NCBI GenBank assembly: GCA_963755125.1
Contig: CAVWIP010000014.1
Coordinates: forward strand, 65,681-129,680
Source: an uncultured delta proteobacterium
Lineage (GTDB): Bacteria > Myxococcota_A > Polyangia > Fen-1088
Length of the DNA: 64,000 nt
Reading direction: 5' to 3'
Below are positions 37,672 to 47,863 of this stretch, in pieces; position 1 is the first letter of the stretch, and every line of letters starts with the position of its first letter. The notes below the pieces were generated by a model. That model was not told the origin of the DNA. It did not search any database and worked only from the letters and a program-made list of their open reading frames with translations. The translations under genes and the position numbers were made by a program.

Positions 37672-39288
37672 ATGAGCTTCCAGGGTCGCATCGAGGATGT
37701 CGCCATCGCGGACGTGATGCAGCTCATCCGTCTGGGCGGGCATTCGGGCACTTTGTCGATTCACTCCGCCGAAGACGAGGCGCTCATCGGGTTCGAACGC
37801 GGTCGCCTGGTCAGCGCCTGGACCCCGCGCAGGTTGCGCCTGGGCGAGATGCTGGTTGCGGCCGGTGCCATCGGCGAGGCCACCTTGCAGCGGGCGCTGG
37901 AGACGCAAGAGGTGGAACGACCCCGGCGCACCATCGGGCAGATTCTGGTCCGCCAGGCTGCCACCACGCCCGAGGTCATCCGGCAGGTCGTCGGGCAAGA
38001 GATCGAGCGCGTGGTCAAGGAGGTGCTGGCCTGGCCCACCGGCACTTTCGAATTCGCGCTCGACGATCTGACGCCCATGGTGGAGGTGTCGCGCTTCTCC
38101 GGCGCGCCCAAGGTCGACCTAGACACGCAGCAGGTCCTGCTGGAGGTTCTGCAGGCGATGGAGGAGGAGTCGACCCGCGCTGCCTGCCAGCCGCCCGTTC
38201 CGATCGAGGTCTTGCCGGAAGGGTCGCAGCCGCTCGAGGAATTCGTGCAGGTGCTGACCAAGGGCAACCGCAAGCGGCCCGAGGGCGAAGTGACGTCGGT
38301 GCCCGAGCCCGCGGCCCCCGATAGCGGGATCACCACCAAAAGCGAAGTGCCCGATCGGCCGCGCTTTCAGCTGGTCTCTCCCGACGCAGACCTGCTGGCG
38401 CAGATCAATCACCTCCTGGCCGAGACCGGCGACCGCATGTCAGTGGTAGGTTTGCGCGATGCCGGGGCGTCGTTGCTGGGCGAGGCGCCGCCCATCGTGG
38501 TGGTGGACCTGCGCTACCAGTCACGGGCGGTAGAAACGCTCACCGCGCTCTGCCGGGCGCGACCCCGGGCCTCGGTGGTCGCGCTCTTCGTGGGGCGCGC
38601 CCCTTTGTGCGACATCTACCATGCGGGCGTGGTGTCCATCACCTCGGCCGGACCCGAAACCGTGGTCGCCTGTGTGCGCAGTGTGGCGCGCCAGCGCAAG
38701 TACCTGTCCAACGAAAACGCCATCGCCGAGGGTGTACGCTCCAGCTTCGCGCGCTTGCGACGGATCATCGCCGATCTGCGCTCCGGGCTTCTCGCCACCT
38801 CGGTGTCGCTCAATCTGCTCAACGTGGTGGCCGAGTCGCTCGACCGCGGCGTGCTGCTGGTGCCTGACGGCGAGAACTTGGTGGGCTTGGGCGCCTTCGG
38901 GCAAACCGCGCAAGGCGAGGAATTGGTGGCCAAGACGCAGAACCTGGCCTTTCCCGTGGGCGAGAGTGGCGTCTTCTGCGACTGTCTCAAGGACAGCCAG
39001 ACCCGCCGCCTCAACTACGACAGCGCAGTATTGCCGCAGGCTTTCCGCGACGTGGTCGACCGTCCTGCGTCGGGCGAGATCGCGGTCTTGCCTGTGCCCG
39101 GCAGCGAGCGCGTGATCGCCATCATCTACCTCGATAACGGTGCTCGCGATCGGCCGGTGGGCGACATCGAGATCTTCGAGTTGGCTGCGTTCCAACTCGG
39201 CTTGGCGCTGGAGAACGAGTTCTTGCGGCGCTCGGCCCCCGAGCGCAAGACGGGCGGACCCGTTATCAAGATGCGCAACATGGGATAG
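37672..39288 (+). CDS. Multidomain protein: DUF4388 (PATAN) N-terminus, tandem MshEN/T2SSE_N-like motif, pseudo-receiver-like segment, C-terminal GAF-like domain
   Basis: FQGRIEDVAIADVMQLIRLGGHSGTLSI fits DUF4388. RLGEMLVAAGAIGEATLQRALETQ plus TIGQILVRQAATTPEVIRQVVGQ fit the MshEN repeat motif. PPIVVVDLRY is receiver-like. The C-terminal …VIAIIYLDNGARDRPVGDIEIFELAAFQLGLALEN is GAF-like. Confidence 0.65.
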   Translation: MSFQGRIEDVAIADVMQLIRLGGHSGTLSIHSAEDEALIGFERGRLVSAWTPRRLRLGEMLVAAGAIGEATLQRALETQEVERPRRTIGQILVRQAATTPEVIRQVVGQEIERVVKEVLAWPTGTFEFALDDLTPMVEVSRFSGAPKVDLDTQQVLLEVLQAMEEESTRAACQPPVPIEVLPEGSQPLEEFVQVLTKGNRKRPEGEVTSVPEPAAPDSGITTKSEVPDRPRFQLVSPDADLLAQINHLLAETGDRMSVVGLRDAGASLLGEAPPIVVVDLRYQSRAVETLTALCRARPRASVVALFVGRAPLCDIYHAGVVSITSAGPETVVACVRSVARQRKYLSNENAIAEGVRSSFARLRRIIADLRSGLLATSVSLNLLNVVAESLDRGVLLVPDGENLVGLGAFGQTAQGEELVAKTQNLAFPVGESGVFCDCLKDSQTRRLNYDSAVLPQAFRDVVDRPASGEIAVLPVPGSERVIAIIYLDNGARDRPVGDIEIFELAAFQLGLALENEFLRRSAPERKTGGPVIKMRNMG

Positions 39289-39292
39289 CGCC

Positions 39293-41068
39293 GTGGAGGA
39301 GCTGTTCGCATCCCTCATCAAGGACTTCGTCGAGGAGACGGGGCCGCTGGCACGCGAGGTGGCGACCCTGGTTTTGCGACTAGAGGAAGCGCGCGCCAAC
39401 GGCGAGGAGGTGGAGGAGTTGCTGCGCGCAATGAAGAGCGCGCTGCACACCATCAAGGGCAATGCGGCCATGATGGGCCTGCCGGTCATCGCATCGGTGG
39501 CTCATGCGTTGGAGGACTATTGCTTGCTCGTCAGTCAGAAGGCCGAGAGTGAGCCATCAGGCCAGGCACAGATTTTGGTGGACGGGACCGATTTGCTCAT
39601 TCGCTCCATTCAGGGTTCTGTGCAGGGCGACGCCGAGCAAGCGTCGGTCGCGGCTTTCCTCGATCGCGTGGCTCGGGGAGTGGCGGCAGCGGGCGAGACG
39701 GTGCGTGCGCCGACACCGCTTGCGCGACCGCGCGTGCGGGCGCCGGCCGTGGCGGCCCAGGTGCCCGAGGCGGGCCCGCAAGCGGAGAAGTCGGCCGCGT
39801 CCGGCGCAGCCGTCGATCAGGATGGGGAAGGCAACGCGGTTCGCATCGCCGATCACGAAGTGGACGGGCTGCTCGACCTGACGGCCGAGGCCATCATCAG
39901 TCACGCCGAGCTGGTGCGCTTTGCCGGTCGGCTGGCGCGCGGGCACGTGCAGCGCAGCGACGCGGCCTTGCTCGAGCAAGTGCTGATCGCGCTGGGTCGG
40001 GCCACGGCCGAGATGCGCCACGACCTTCTGCGCGTGCGGCTGGCGCCCATCTCCTCTATGTTTCGGCGCTACGTTCGCTATGTGCGCGATCTGGCGCGCG
40101 AGCGCGGGCAGGCCATCCAGCTCGTCATCGAAGGTGGCGAGGTCGCCGTGGATCGCGCCATCATCAGCCGCCTGCACGAGCCCCTGGTGCACATGGTGCG
40201 CAACTCGGTGGCGCACGGGATCGAGAGCGCCGCGGAACGGGCTGCCGCGGGCAAGCCGGCGCGGGCCCAGATCCTGCTGGGTGCGCGGCTGGCCGAGGGA
40301 CGCGCGCGCATCGTGGTGGCCGACGACGGCCGGGGCCTCGACATGGCCGCGATCGCGGCCAAGGCCCGCGCCTTCGGGCTGGATCCCGAGCACATGCCGG
40401 AAAGCGAATTGCGGCGCCTGATCTTTCAGCCCGGCTTTTCCACCGCCACCGAGGTCTCTACCCTGGCCGGCCGGGGCGTGGGACTGGAAGTGGTGGCCAA
40501 CGTGGTGCAGAGCCTGGGCGGCAGCATCGACGTGCGCAGCGTGGCCGGGCAGGGGACGGTTTTTCTCATCGATTTGCCGGTGACCGCATCGCTGGTCAAG
40601 GCCTTGATCTTCGGAGTCGACAGCGAGACATTCGCCGTGCCGGCCAGCTTCGTGGTCGACAGCATCGAGGTGCGGGAGGCATCGATGCTCGAGATCAACC
40701 GCGTGCTGCTCTGTCCCTGGCGTGGCGATTTCTTGCGTGTTCTCGACGCTGGACGCCTGCTGGGCTGTGCCGGGTTGGTGCAGGACTGGACGCGCCCCTA
40801 TGGCATCGTGGTCGAGGCAGCCGCCAAACGCTGTGCCTTGATGGTCGACTGGCTGGTGGGTGTGCAAGAGATCGTGGTGAAGCCGCTGGACGAGACCCTG
40901 CGCACCTCGCGCGTGATCTCGGGCCTGACCATCCTGGGTCAGGGGCGCGTGGTGCCCATCCTGGATTGCAGCGAGGTGGTCAAGCGCGCGGCGGGTCCGG
41001 CCGCGGGCTTGCCCCCCAGAACTTCGTCGGGCGAGGATCCACACAGGAGCAGCAGCTATGGCATCTGA
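39293..41068 (+). CDS. cheA: Chemotaxis histidine kinase CheA (P1-P3-P4-P5; no obvious P2, no receiver)
   Basis: HPt is ALHTIKGNAAMMG. Kinase boxes are N box HMVRNSVAHGIE, G1 DDGRGLD, F box IFQPGFST and G2 GRGVGLEVV, with a C-terminal CheW-like domain. I chose GTG 39293, just after the upstream stop; ORF 39140 overlaps the previous gene. Confidence 0.9.
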   Translation: MEELFASLIKDFVEETGPLAREVATLVLRLEEARANGEEVEELLRAMKSALHTIKGNAAMMGLPVIASVAHALEDYCLLVSQKAESEPSGQAQILVDGTDLLIRSIQGSVQGDAEQASVAAFLDRVARGVAAAGETVRAPTPLARPRVRAPAVAAQVPEAGPQAEKSAASGAAVDQDGEGNAVRIADHEVDGLLDLTAEAIISHAELVRFAGRLARGHVQRSDAALLEQVLIALGRATAEMRHDLLRVRLAPISSMFRRYVRYVRDLARERGQAIQLVIEGGEVAVDRAIISRLHEPLVHMVRNSVAHGIESAAERAAAGKPARAQILLGARLAEGRARIVVADDGRGLDMAAIAAKARAFGLDPEHMPESELRRLIFQPGFSTATEVSTLAGRGVGLEVVANVVQSLGGSIDVRSVAGQGTVFLIDLPVTASLVKALIFGVDSETFAVPASFVVDSIEVREASMLEINRVLLCPWRGDFLRVLDAGRLLGCAGLVQDWTRPYGIVVEAAAKRCALMVDWLVGVQEIVVKPLDETLRTSRVISGLTILGQGRVVPILDCSEVVKRAAGPAAGLPPRTSSGEDPHRSSSYGI

Positions 41069-41654
41069 GCAACGCCCCGCCGCGCCCCCTGCATCGGCTG
41101 CCCCAACATCCGCGCCGGCCCGCGACAGTCTGCTGGCCTTTGCCGATTCGGTTTTGGCCCGCCCCGCCGCGCCAGCCGCTGCGGCCGAGGTGCAGCCCTA
41201 CGTGACCTTCTTCCTGCGCCGTGAGGAATTCGGCCTTCCCATCTTGCGCAGTCGCGAGATCGTGCGCGTGAGTGAGATCACGCGCATCCCCGAGGCGCCC
41301 CCGCACGTGTGCGGTGTGCTCAATCTGCGGGGCCGGGTGGTACCTATCGTCGAGATTCGAACGCGTCTGGGGCTGGACGCGGCGCCCCTGACACCGCAGT
41401 CACGCGTGATCATGGTCGAGGCGCATGATCGCCTCTTCGGGTTGCTGGTCGATCGCGTGTCCCGCATCGCCAAAATTCCCGTCGCCGCCATCAAGCCTGC
41501 GCCGGCCGAGGCACTCTCCGCCAACACGGACTACGTCACCGGCATCGCCCAGATGGGCGCGGAGCTGATCATCATCCTCGATGTCGACAAGGTTCTCCTG
41601 CTCAACCCGACTGCGCCTCCGCCGACCGGCGCAAATTCGGAGCCGCGCGGATGA
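41058..41654 (+). CDS. cheW: CheW coupling protein
   Basis: YVTFFLRREEFGLPILRSREIVRVSEITRIPEAPPHVCGVLNLRGRVVPIV is the classic CheW core. An AGGAG SD is present, and the gene overlaps the cheA 3' end by 11 nt. Confidence 0.85.
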   Translation: MASEQRPAAPPASAAPTSAPARDSLLAFADSVLARPAAPAAAAEVQPYVTFFLRREEFGLPILRSREIVRVSEITRIPEAPPHVCGVLNLRGRVVPIVEIRTRLGLDAAPLTPQSRVIMVEAHDRLFGLLVDRVSRIAKIPVAAIKPAPAEALSANTDYVTGIAQMGAELIIILDVDKVLLLNPTAPPPTGANSEPRG

Positions 41655-43627
41655 CGGTGGAGGCCCTGTCTGATGTTCAGGAACGCCTGGCGGCTTTGCA
41701 AGCGGCGGTGGCGGGTGCGGAGCGTGACCAGGCCATCGTGGCCGGCCTGAAGGATGCATCCCCGCTGGTGCGGCAGAACGCCGTCGCGCTGGCCGCGCGC
41801 TATCTGGCGCCCGAGCTGCTGGCCCGGTTTCTCGCCGACGACGAGGACGCGACTCTGCGCAACGGGGCTCAGGCGGCGCTGGAGCGGCAAGGACCGCACG
41901 CGATTCCGCACCTGCTCGCGCTCACCCGGGATGCCAACCACGAGTTGGCATTCTTTGCGGTGCAGATTCTGTCCACCATCAATGATGTTTCGGCCAAGCA
42001 GGCGTTGTTGCCGCTGCTCGATCACCCGGACCGCAACCTCGTCCAGGCGGCCGTGGAAGCGCTCGGCCACATGCGCGCAGTGGAAGCCGTCCCCGCCTTG
42101 ATTCGCCTGCTGGCCAGCGATTCCTGGTTGCAGTTCGCGGCGGCCTCTGCTTTGGGCAGAATTGGGGATGCACGCGCGGTCGGCCCGCTGCTAGAACGCC
42201 TTGACGATGAGCTGCTCGCCGAGATGGTGATCGAGGCGCTGGGCCGAATTGGCGATGCGGATGGGCTTGAGCCCTTGCTCGATCGGCTGGTGTCAAGCGA
42301 TCGCCTGCCGCTGCGCGATCAGCTCCTGCTGGCCGTGGCCGCCATTCTGGAAGACAACCCCGGCCTGCGGGGTGTCCGTGCGCGCGCGCGCCTGTGGCGG
42401 CCGGACGCTCGGGCTGGTTTGCGCGACTATCTGATTGGCTTGCTGGCCATGCACGATGCGATGCTGGCGCGGTCGGTGGGCGTGCTGGTGGTGCGCGCCG
42501 AGATGTGGGATCTGATGCCGGCGCTGTTGCAGCGCAATCCGGATCCCGGCGAGGAATCCTGGCTGGAAGGCATGCTTCGTCGCTGCCGGCGTCGTGCTCA
42601 GGCCGAGTTGCTGCCCTTGCTCCAGCATACCGACCCGCGGGTGCGGGCGGGCACGTTGTTGCAGGTGCCGTTCGACGCTGGGGCCACGTCCGCCGTGGCC
42701 GGCTGCTTGCAGGATCAGGATCCGGAGGTGCGTGCGGCGGCCTGCCTTGCGCTGGGGCGACTGCGCGAGCCGTCGGCTGCTGCGGCTTTGGCTCATGCCC
42801 TGCGATCGAGCGATGCGTGCGAGCACACGGCCGCGGCGCGCGCCCTGGCCCAACTGCCGGGCGAGAGCTTGGCCGTGCTGGCGCCCGAGCTGGAACCAGA
42901 AGCTGCCGATGAGCAACGGCAGCGTGCGCTCACGGTGCTGGAACAGGCGCGCAGCACGATGCACGAGGAGCGGGTGCGCGCGCTGGTGCACGACGGCCCG
43001 CCGGTGGTAAGGCAGGCGGCCCTGCGCGTGCTGGGGCGGTATCCCGGCCGCGCGACTGACGAATGGATCATGGCCGGTCTGCGCGACGACGAGTTGGCGG
43101 TGCGCATCGCCACGGTCGAGATCCTGGTGCGCCGGCGCTGTCGCAAGGCCATCCCGGCCCTGATCGAGCTCTTGCCAGGCGCCGATCCGCTGCGCTACCA
43201 TCTGGTGCGCGCCCTGGGACGGCTGCATGCCAAGGTGGCGGCATCCCGACTGCAGGCCCTGTATACCGGGGCGCCGCTGCACGAGCGCATCGAGATTGTG
43301 GTGGCTCTCAACCAGATTGCGCCGGCCGGGGTGCTGCCGTTCTTGCGTGGGGTTCTGGACGATCCCGATGTGGAACTGCGGCGGGTCGCCTCCGACGGGT
43401 TCGTGCGGGCGGCGGGCCCGCGCGAGCTGGAAGCAATGGTGGCACTGGCCCGGGACGCCGACTGGGTGGTACGCAATCACGCGGCCTGGGGCCTGGGCCG
43501 CCTGGGCTTGCCGGCCGCCCAGCCGCACCTGGCCGCCCTGGCCCGCGACGTGGAACCCCTGGTGGCGCGCACCGCACGTGCGGCGCTCGGCCAGCTGGCT
43601 GCCGACAACCCGGATGTGAAGGCATGA
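41651..43627 (+). CDS. 658-aa HEAT-repeat (PBS-lyase-type) protein
   Basis: ATGA overlap with cheW. About 31-aa periodic units of type D..VR..AA.ALG.. run along the whole length (DPEVRAAACLALGRL, DWVVRNHAAWGLGRLG, etc.). Confidence 0.75.
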   Translation: MTVEALSDVQERLAALQAAVAGAERDQAIVAGLKDASPLVRQNAVALAARYLAPELLARFLADDEDATLRNGAQAALERQGPHAIPHLLALTRDANHELAFFAVQILSTINDVSAKQALLPLLDHPDRNLVQAAVEALGHMRAVEAVPALIRLLASDSWLQFAAASALGRIGDARAVGPLLERLDDELLAEMVIEALGRIGDADGLEPLLDRLVSSDRLPLRDQLLLAVAAILEDNPGLRGVRARARLWRPDARAGLRDYLIGLLAMHDAMLARSVGVLVVRAEMWDLMPALLQRNPDPGEESWLEGMLRRCRRRAQAELLPLLQHTDPRVRAGTLLQVPFDAGATSAVAGCLQDQDPEVRAAACLALGRLREPSAAAALAHALRSSDACEHTAAARALAQLPGESLAVLAPELEPEAADEQRQRALTVLEQARSTMHEERVRALVHDGPPVVRQAALRVLGRYPGRATDEWIMAGLRDDELAVRIATVEILVRRRCRKAIPALIELLPGADPLRYHLVRALGRLHAKVAASRLQALYTGAPLHERIEIVVALNQIAPAGVLPFLRGVLDDPDVELRRVASDGFVRAAGPRELEAMVALARDADWVVRNHAAWGLGRLGLPAAQPHLAALARDVEPLVARTARAALGQLAADNPDVKA

Positions 43628-44463
43628 ACGGGCCCTTGGCAGAGGAAGAATGGAAGCTCCTGCTCGATCTGGTGAGCCGGGAGTTCGGCCTGGTGTTTCA
43701 AGAGTCGCGTCGCCGTCACCTGGAAGGCCGGCTGACGCCGCGGTTGCAGGCTCTCGGCCTGGAATCGTTTGGCGCCTATTATCGCTATCTGGCGCGCCAC
43801 CCGGATCGCGGCGCCGAGTTGCACGTGCTCGCGCGCATCCTGACCAACAACGAGACCTACTTCTTTCGCGAGGCCCATCATTTCGATCTGCTGGTGCAGC
43901 ACGTGGTTCCGCAATTGTCGCTGCCCGCGCGGCCGGGACCGCTGCGCGTGCTGTCGGCAGGTTGCTCGTCCGGAGACGAGGCCTACTCCATCGTGATCGC
44001 GCTGCAAGGGGCGCGCTTGGATCGTGAGGGCTTGTCCTGGCACATCGATGCCTGCGATCTGAACCCGGCGCGCATCGTGCAGGCGCGTGAAGGCATCTAC
44101 GAGGCCGAGTCGTTGCGGGCCTGCGACGAGTTGGGGCGCCACGCGCACTTCAGCGTGCAGGGCGACCGCTTTCGCCTGCGTCCCGAGCACCGCAAGGGAA
44201 CCAGTTTCTTCGAGGCCAACTTGGCCGTGGCGGGGCTCGATCTGCCGGGCGCGCCTTACCACGTGATCTTCTGCCGCAACGTCCTCATCTATTTTTCCGA
44301 GGAGGCGTTCCACCGCGCGATTTCCCACTTTCACCGCGCTCTGGCTGCGGGCGGGTATCTCTTCTTGGGTCACGCCGAATCGCTGATCGGGAGGCGCAGC
44401 GATTTCAAACCGGTGCGTCTGTGCGACTCGATCGTCTATCGCAAGCAGGACACGGGGACATGA
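43624..44463 (+). CDS. cheR: Chemotaxis methyltransferase CheR
   Basis: ATGA overlap with the HEAT gene. ETYFFRE, SAM-binding LRVLSAGCSSGDEAYS, IFCRNVLIYF. The in-frame upstream part of ORF 43063 is rejected because it overlaps the HEAT gene. Confidence 0.9.
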   Translation: MNGPLAEEEWKLLLDLVSREFGLVFQESRRRHLEGRLTPRLQALGLESFGAYYRYLARHPDRGAELHVLARILTNNETYFFREAHHFDLLVQHVVPQLSLPARPGPLRVLSAGCSSGDEAYSIVIALQGARLDREGLSWHIDACDLNPARIVQAREGIYEAESLRACDELGRHAHFSVQGDRFRLRPEHRKGTSFFEANLAVAGLDLPGAPYHVIFCRNVLIYFSEEAFHRAISHFHRALAAGGYLFLGHAESLIGRRSDFKPVRLCDSIVYRKQDTGT

Positions 44464-45506
44464 CCAGAGTTTTCGTTGTCGACGACTCGCCTTTCATCCG
44501 CAAAGCTGTGGCGCGTGTGTTCTCGGCGCGAGATGACATGCAGGTGGTGGGGACGGCCCAGAGCGGGGAAGAGGCCCTGGAGCGGCTTGCTGCGGCCCGG
44601 CCGAATGTGGTGACGTTGGACGTGGAGATGCCGGGCATGGGCGGCCTGGCGACCCTGCGGGAGATCCAGCGCCGCTACCCGGGCCTGCCCGTGATCATGC
44701 TGTCGGTGTACACGAAAGAGGGAGCGGAGACGACACTCGACGCCATCAACGCCGGAGCGGTGGACTTCATCGACAAGAGTCGCCTCAATGTCATGGACTT
44801 CGACCGCCTGTCGCGCGAATTGCTGGCCAAGATTGAAGTGTGGAAGCAGGCGCCCCATGGCCATTCCTGGGAGCGCGCGGTCTCGCCACTGCCGGCTCAT
44901 CCCGCGGCCCCGGGCGCCGTCCCGGTGGTGGACTGGTCGTCCTATGATTTGTGCGTGATCGGTGCTTCCACGGGTGGCCCGCCTGCCTTGCAACAGATCG
45001 TGAACCAGGTTCCCCAGGATTTCCCCCTGCCCATCGCCGTGGTCCAGCACATGCCGGTGGGGTTCACCCGTCCGTTCGCGGAGCGGCTGAACTGCCTGGG
45101 TCGGATCCGGGTGAAAGAAGCCGCGGATCACAACACCCTGCAGCCTGGTCAGATGTTGCTGGCGCGAGCCGGAGCGCACCTTTTCATTGAGTCCGACCTG
45201 ACCGCTCATCTGTCGCTTGACCCCATAGATGCGGTTCACATCCCCAGCATCGACGTACTGATGGAGTCGGCCAGCCGCGCCCGTCCCGGACGTGTGGTGG
45301 GAATCTTGTTGACTGGCATGGGCGACGACGGGGCCGAGGGGATGCTGGCCATCCGTCGTTCGGGCGGCCTCACCGTTGCCGAGGCCGAATCTTCGTGCGT
45401 GGTGTACGGCATGCCCCGTGCGGCCCACAAACGCGGCGGGGTTTCCCACATGCTTTCCCTTCCCGAGATCTGTCAGCTCTTCGCAGCAAGGAGCGATGAC
45501 CCATGA
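44460..45506 (+). CDS. cheB: Chemotaxis methylesterase CheB (receiver + esterase)
   Basis: ATGA overlap with cheR. Receiver motifs are VFVVDDS and [13 protein letters not shown]. Esterase Ser/His/Asp contexts are GASTGGP, VVQHMP and LTGMGDDG. Confidence 0.9.
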   Translation: MTRVFVVDDSPFIRKAVARVFSARDDMQVVGTAQSGEEALERLAAARPNVVTLDVEMPGMGGLATLREIQRRYPGLPVIMLSVYTKEGAETTLDAINAGAVDFIDKSRLNVMDFDRLSRELLAKIEVWKQAPHGHSWERAVSPLPAHPAAPGAVPVVDWSSYDLCVIGASTGGPPALQQIVNQVPQDFPLPIAVVQHMPVGFTRPFAERLNCLGRIRVKEAADHNTLQPGQMLLARAGAHLFIESDLTAHLSLDPIDAVHIPSIDVLMESASRARPGRVVGILLTGMGDDGAEGMLAIRRSGGLTVAEAESSCVVYGMPRAAHKRGGVSHMLSLPEICQLFAARSDDP

Positions 45507-47863
45507 GCAGCCAGAAAGACGCGCCCCAATCTGAAGAGGCCCTAGCCAAAGTCGCCAAGCCGGTAACCCTGCTTCGCCGTTTCCAAACCGTCCCGTTGCT
45601 GCGACACATGCGCCTGTGGCAGAAACTGCTGTGCATCGTGGTGGTGTTGCTGATTCCCACTCTGTTTCTGCTCAGGGACTTCGTCAGTCGTGCCAGCCAG
45701 GACATCGTGCGCACCCGCACCGAACTGTGCCTGGATGAACACTCGCGTCTGTTGCGCGTGATCCTGGACAACCTGACCGCCCTGCGCCTGGGCCGGGCCG
45801 AGTCCGAGGCGGCCGCGGCCGGCCTGGCGGCGAACGCGAGTGCGCAGGTCGAGAGCGCCCTGGCGCAACTCGATCGCGCAGAAACCTCGGGCTGCGGCCG
45901 TGCCGATCCGGGCATCGCGGGGCGCATGCGTCCGGTCCTGGCGGGGCTGCGCGCCGGTTGGACCCAACCACCCGGCGATGGTGTGCGCGCTGAGGAGATC
46001 GACCGGCGCATGCGCGAACAACTGCGCTTGGGCTATCGGCAGATCGCCACGCGTAGCAGTCCCGGCTCGGCCGCTGACCTCGATTCGGAACTGGTCAACG
46101 AGGCGACCCGCAGCACGCTGCCCGAGGCGGCGTGGAGGCTGGCAGATTTGGTGGTGCTGGGTGCCCAGATTGCGTCGGCCAACGACACGGCCATCGAAGC
46201 GCGGGCACAGCTCATCAACGCGGTGGAGAGTCTGGAGGCCAGCGCGCTCGATCTGCAGCGCGGGTTGCGCGCGCTGTCCGTCAACGAGGGCGGGGTCACT
46301 GGGGCGGGGGATTCGCTGGACGCAAGCGTGGGCGCCGTTGTGAAACGGTATGTGCAATCCCTGCGCGAGACCACTGCGGCGGCACGCGAGTTGAGCGCGC
46401 AGGGAAAGACGGCGGGGACACACGACACGGCCGCGCTGCACACCGCCCTGGCTATGAAAAAGTCGGCCAAGTCGGCCCTCGAATCACTCTTCGCCACCTA
46501 CGACGCGGCCTTGGCGTGGCAGGGAAGCCAACTGGGCGAGCGGGTGGCGCGCCTGGAAGGGCAGCGCTCGCGCACCGTCGCCTTCGTGATAGTGGCGTTG
46601 CTGCTGGCGGGCTTTCTGGTGTCGGTCATCGTACGCAGCATCACCACCCCACTGTCGGCGGCGGTGGAGTGCTCCAACCGCCTGGCTGCCCAGGACTTCA
46701 CAATCGAGATTGCGCCCAGCGAATCCAGTGATGAGGCGGGCCAGTTGCAGGCCTCCATGCGCCAGATGGCCAGCAGCCTGCGAGCCACCATCCGATCCAT
46801 CCTCGCCTCGTCGCGAATCGTGGCGGCTGCGTCCGAGAAGATCTCTAGCTCGGGCAGTCAGTTGGCGCGCGGGGCAGAAACCCAGTCGGCTGCCACCGAG
46901 GAAACATCCTCAAGCATGGCGCAGATCGCGGCGCAGATTCAGCAACTGGCCAAGACCGCGATGTCGCTTTCGGCCAGCGTGGAGCAGACCACCACGGCCT
47001 TTCAAAAGATGCACGAAACCCTCGAGCGCACGGCCAATCACGGACAGACTTTGCTGACTTCGTCACAAGATGCGAGCGCGCATCTGGCCGAACTGACCAG
47101 CAGCATCACCCAGGTCACCAGCCAGTCCCGCTCGGCCAATGAAATGTCGCAGTCGGCCCTGGGAGCGGTGAAGCTGGGCGGGGAGAAGCTGCAGCAGTCC
47201 ATCGGCGGGATCGGCGAGCGTGCGCAGGAGGTCAGCAAGATCGTGCGGCTCATCGAGGAAATCGCCGATCAAACCAACCTGCTGGCGCTCAACGCGGCCA
47301 TCGAGGCCGCCCGCGCGGGTGAGGCCGGACGTGGTTTCGCGGTGGTGGCCGACGAGGTGCGCCGGCTCGCCGAGCGCAGCGCGCAGGCCACGCAGGACAT
47401 CAGCGCCATCATCGAGCGCGTGCAGAAGGATGTCGGCTCGGCGGTGGTCTTGACCGACGAGGTTCTGGTGGGGATGATGGCGTCCATCGACAAGACCTCG
47501 TCGATCATAGAAGAGAGCGCAGTGACCACCGAGAGGCAGACCGAGTCCGCACGTCGGACGCTGAAGATGGCCGAGAACATGGCAAGCTTGGCCCAGCAGA
47601 TCGCGGTGGCCTCGCGCGAGAACGCAGGCAGCGCCGCCGAGATTGTCAAGGCATCGCACAACATGAACGAGCTGACCAACATCATGCTGGACGCCACCAT
47701 CGAGCAGAAGCGCGGGGGCGAGACCGTGGTCAAGGCGACCGATTCGATCGCGGAAGTGGCGCGACAAAATCTGCAAGTGGTGGAAGGCATCAACCTGGCC
47801 GTGCGTGAGTTGGTCGCCGAGGCGGAGACCCTGCGCAAGCGCGTGGAGGCGTTCACCGTCTGA
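45503..47863 (+). CDS. Methyl-accepting chemotaxis protein with about 300-aa periplasmic helical sensor, HAMP and MA domains
   Basis: ATGA overlap with cheB. Two TM segments are present ([16 protein letters not shown] and [19 protein letters not shown]), followed by HAMP. The invariant hairpin is [42 protein letters not shown]. Confidence 0.9.
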   Translation: MSSQKDAPQSEEALAKVAKPVTLLRRFQTVPLLRHMRLWQKLLCIVVVLLIPTLFLLRDFVSRASQDIVRTRTELCLDEHSRLLRVILDNLTALRLGRAESEAAAAGLAANASAQVESALAQLDRAETSGCGRADPGIAGRMRPVLAGLRAGWTQPPGDGVRAEEIDRRMREQLRLGYRQIATRSSPGSAADLDSELVNEATRSTLPEAAWRLADLVVLGAQIASANDTAIEARAQLINAVESLEASALDLQRGLRALSVNEGGVTGAGDSLDASVGAVVKRYVQSLRETTAAARELSAQGKTAGTHDTAALHTALAMKKSAKSALESLFATYDAALAWQGSQLGERVARLEGQRSRTVAFVIVALLLAGFLVSVIVRSITTPLSAAVECSNRLAAQDFTIEIAPSESSDEAGQLQASMRQMASSLRATIRSILASSRIVAAASEKISSSGSQLARGAETQSAATEETSSSMAQIAAQIQQLAKTAMSLSASVEQTTTAFQKMHETLERTANHGQTLLTSSQDASAHLAELTSSITQVTSQSRSANEMSQSALGAVKLGGEKLQQSIGGIGERAQEVSKIVRLIEEIADQTNLLALNAAIEAARAGEAGRGFAVVADEVRRLAERSAQATQDISAIIERVQKDVGSAVVLTDEVLVGMMASIDKTSSIIEESAVTTERQTESARRTLKMAENMASLAQQIAVASRENAGSAAEIVKASHNMNELTNIMLDATIEQKRGGETVVKATDSIAEVARQNLQVVEGINLAVRELVAEAETLRKRVEAFTV

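Noticed and set aside
43063-43623. N-terminal 187 codons of listed ORF 43063-44463.
   Set aside because: They overlap the HEAT-repeat gene in another frame and are Arg/Gly/Pro-rich. CheR homology begins at the ATG at 43624, which overlaps the upstream stop.
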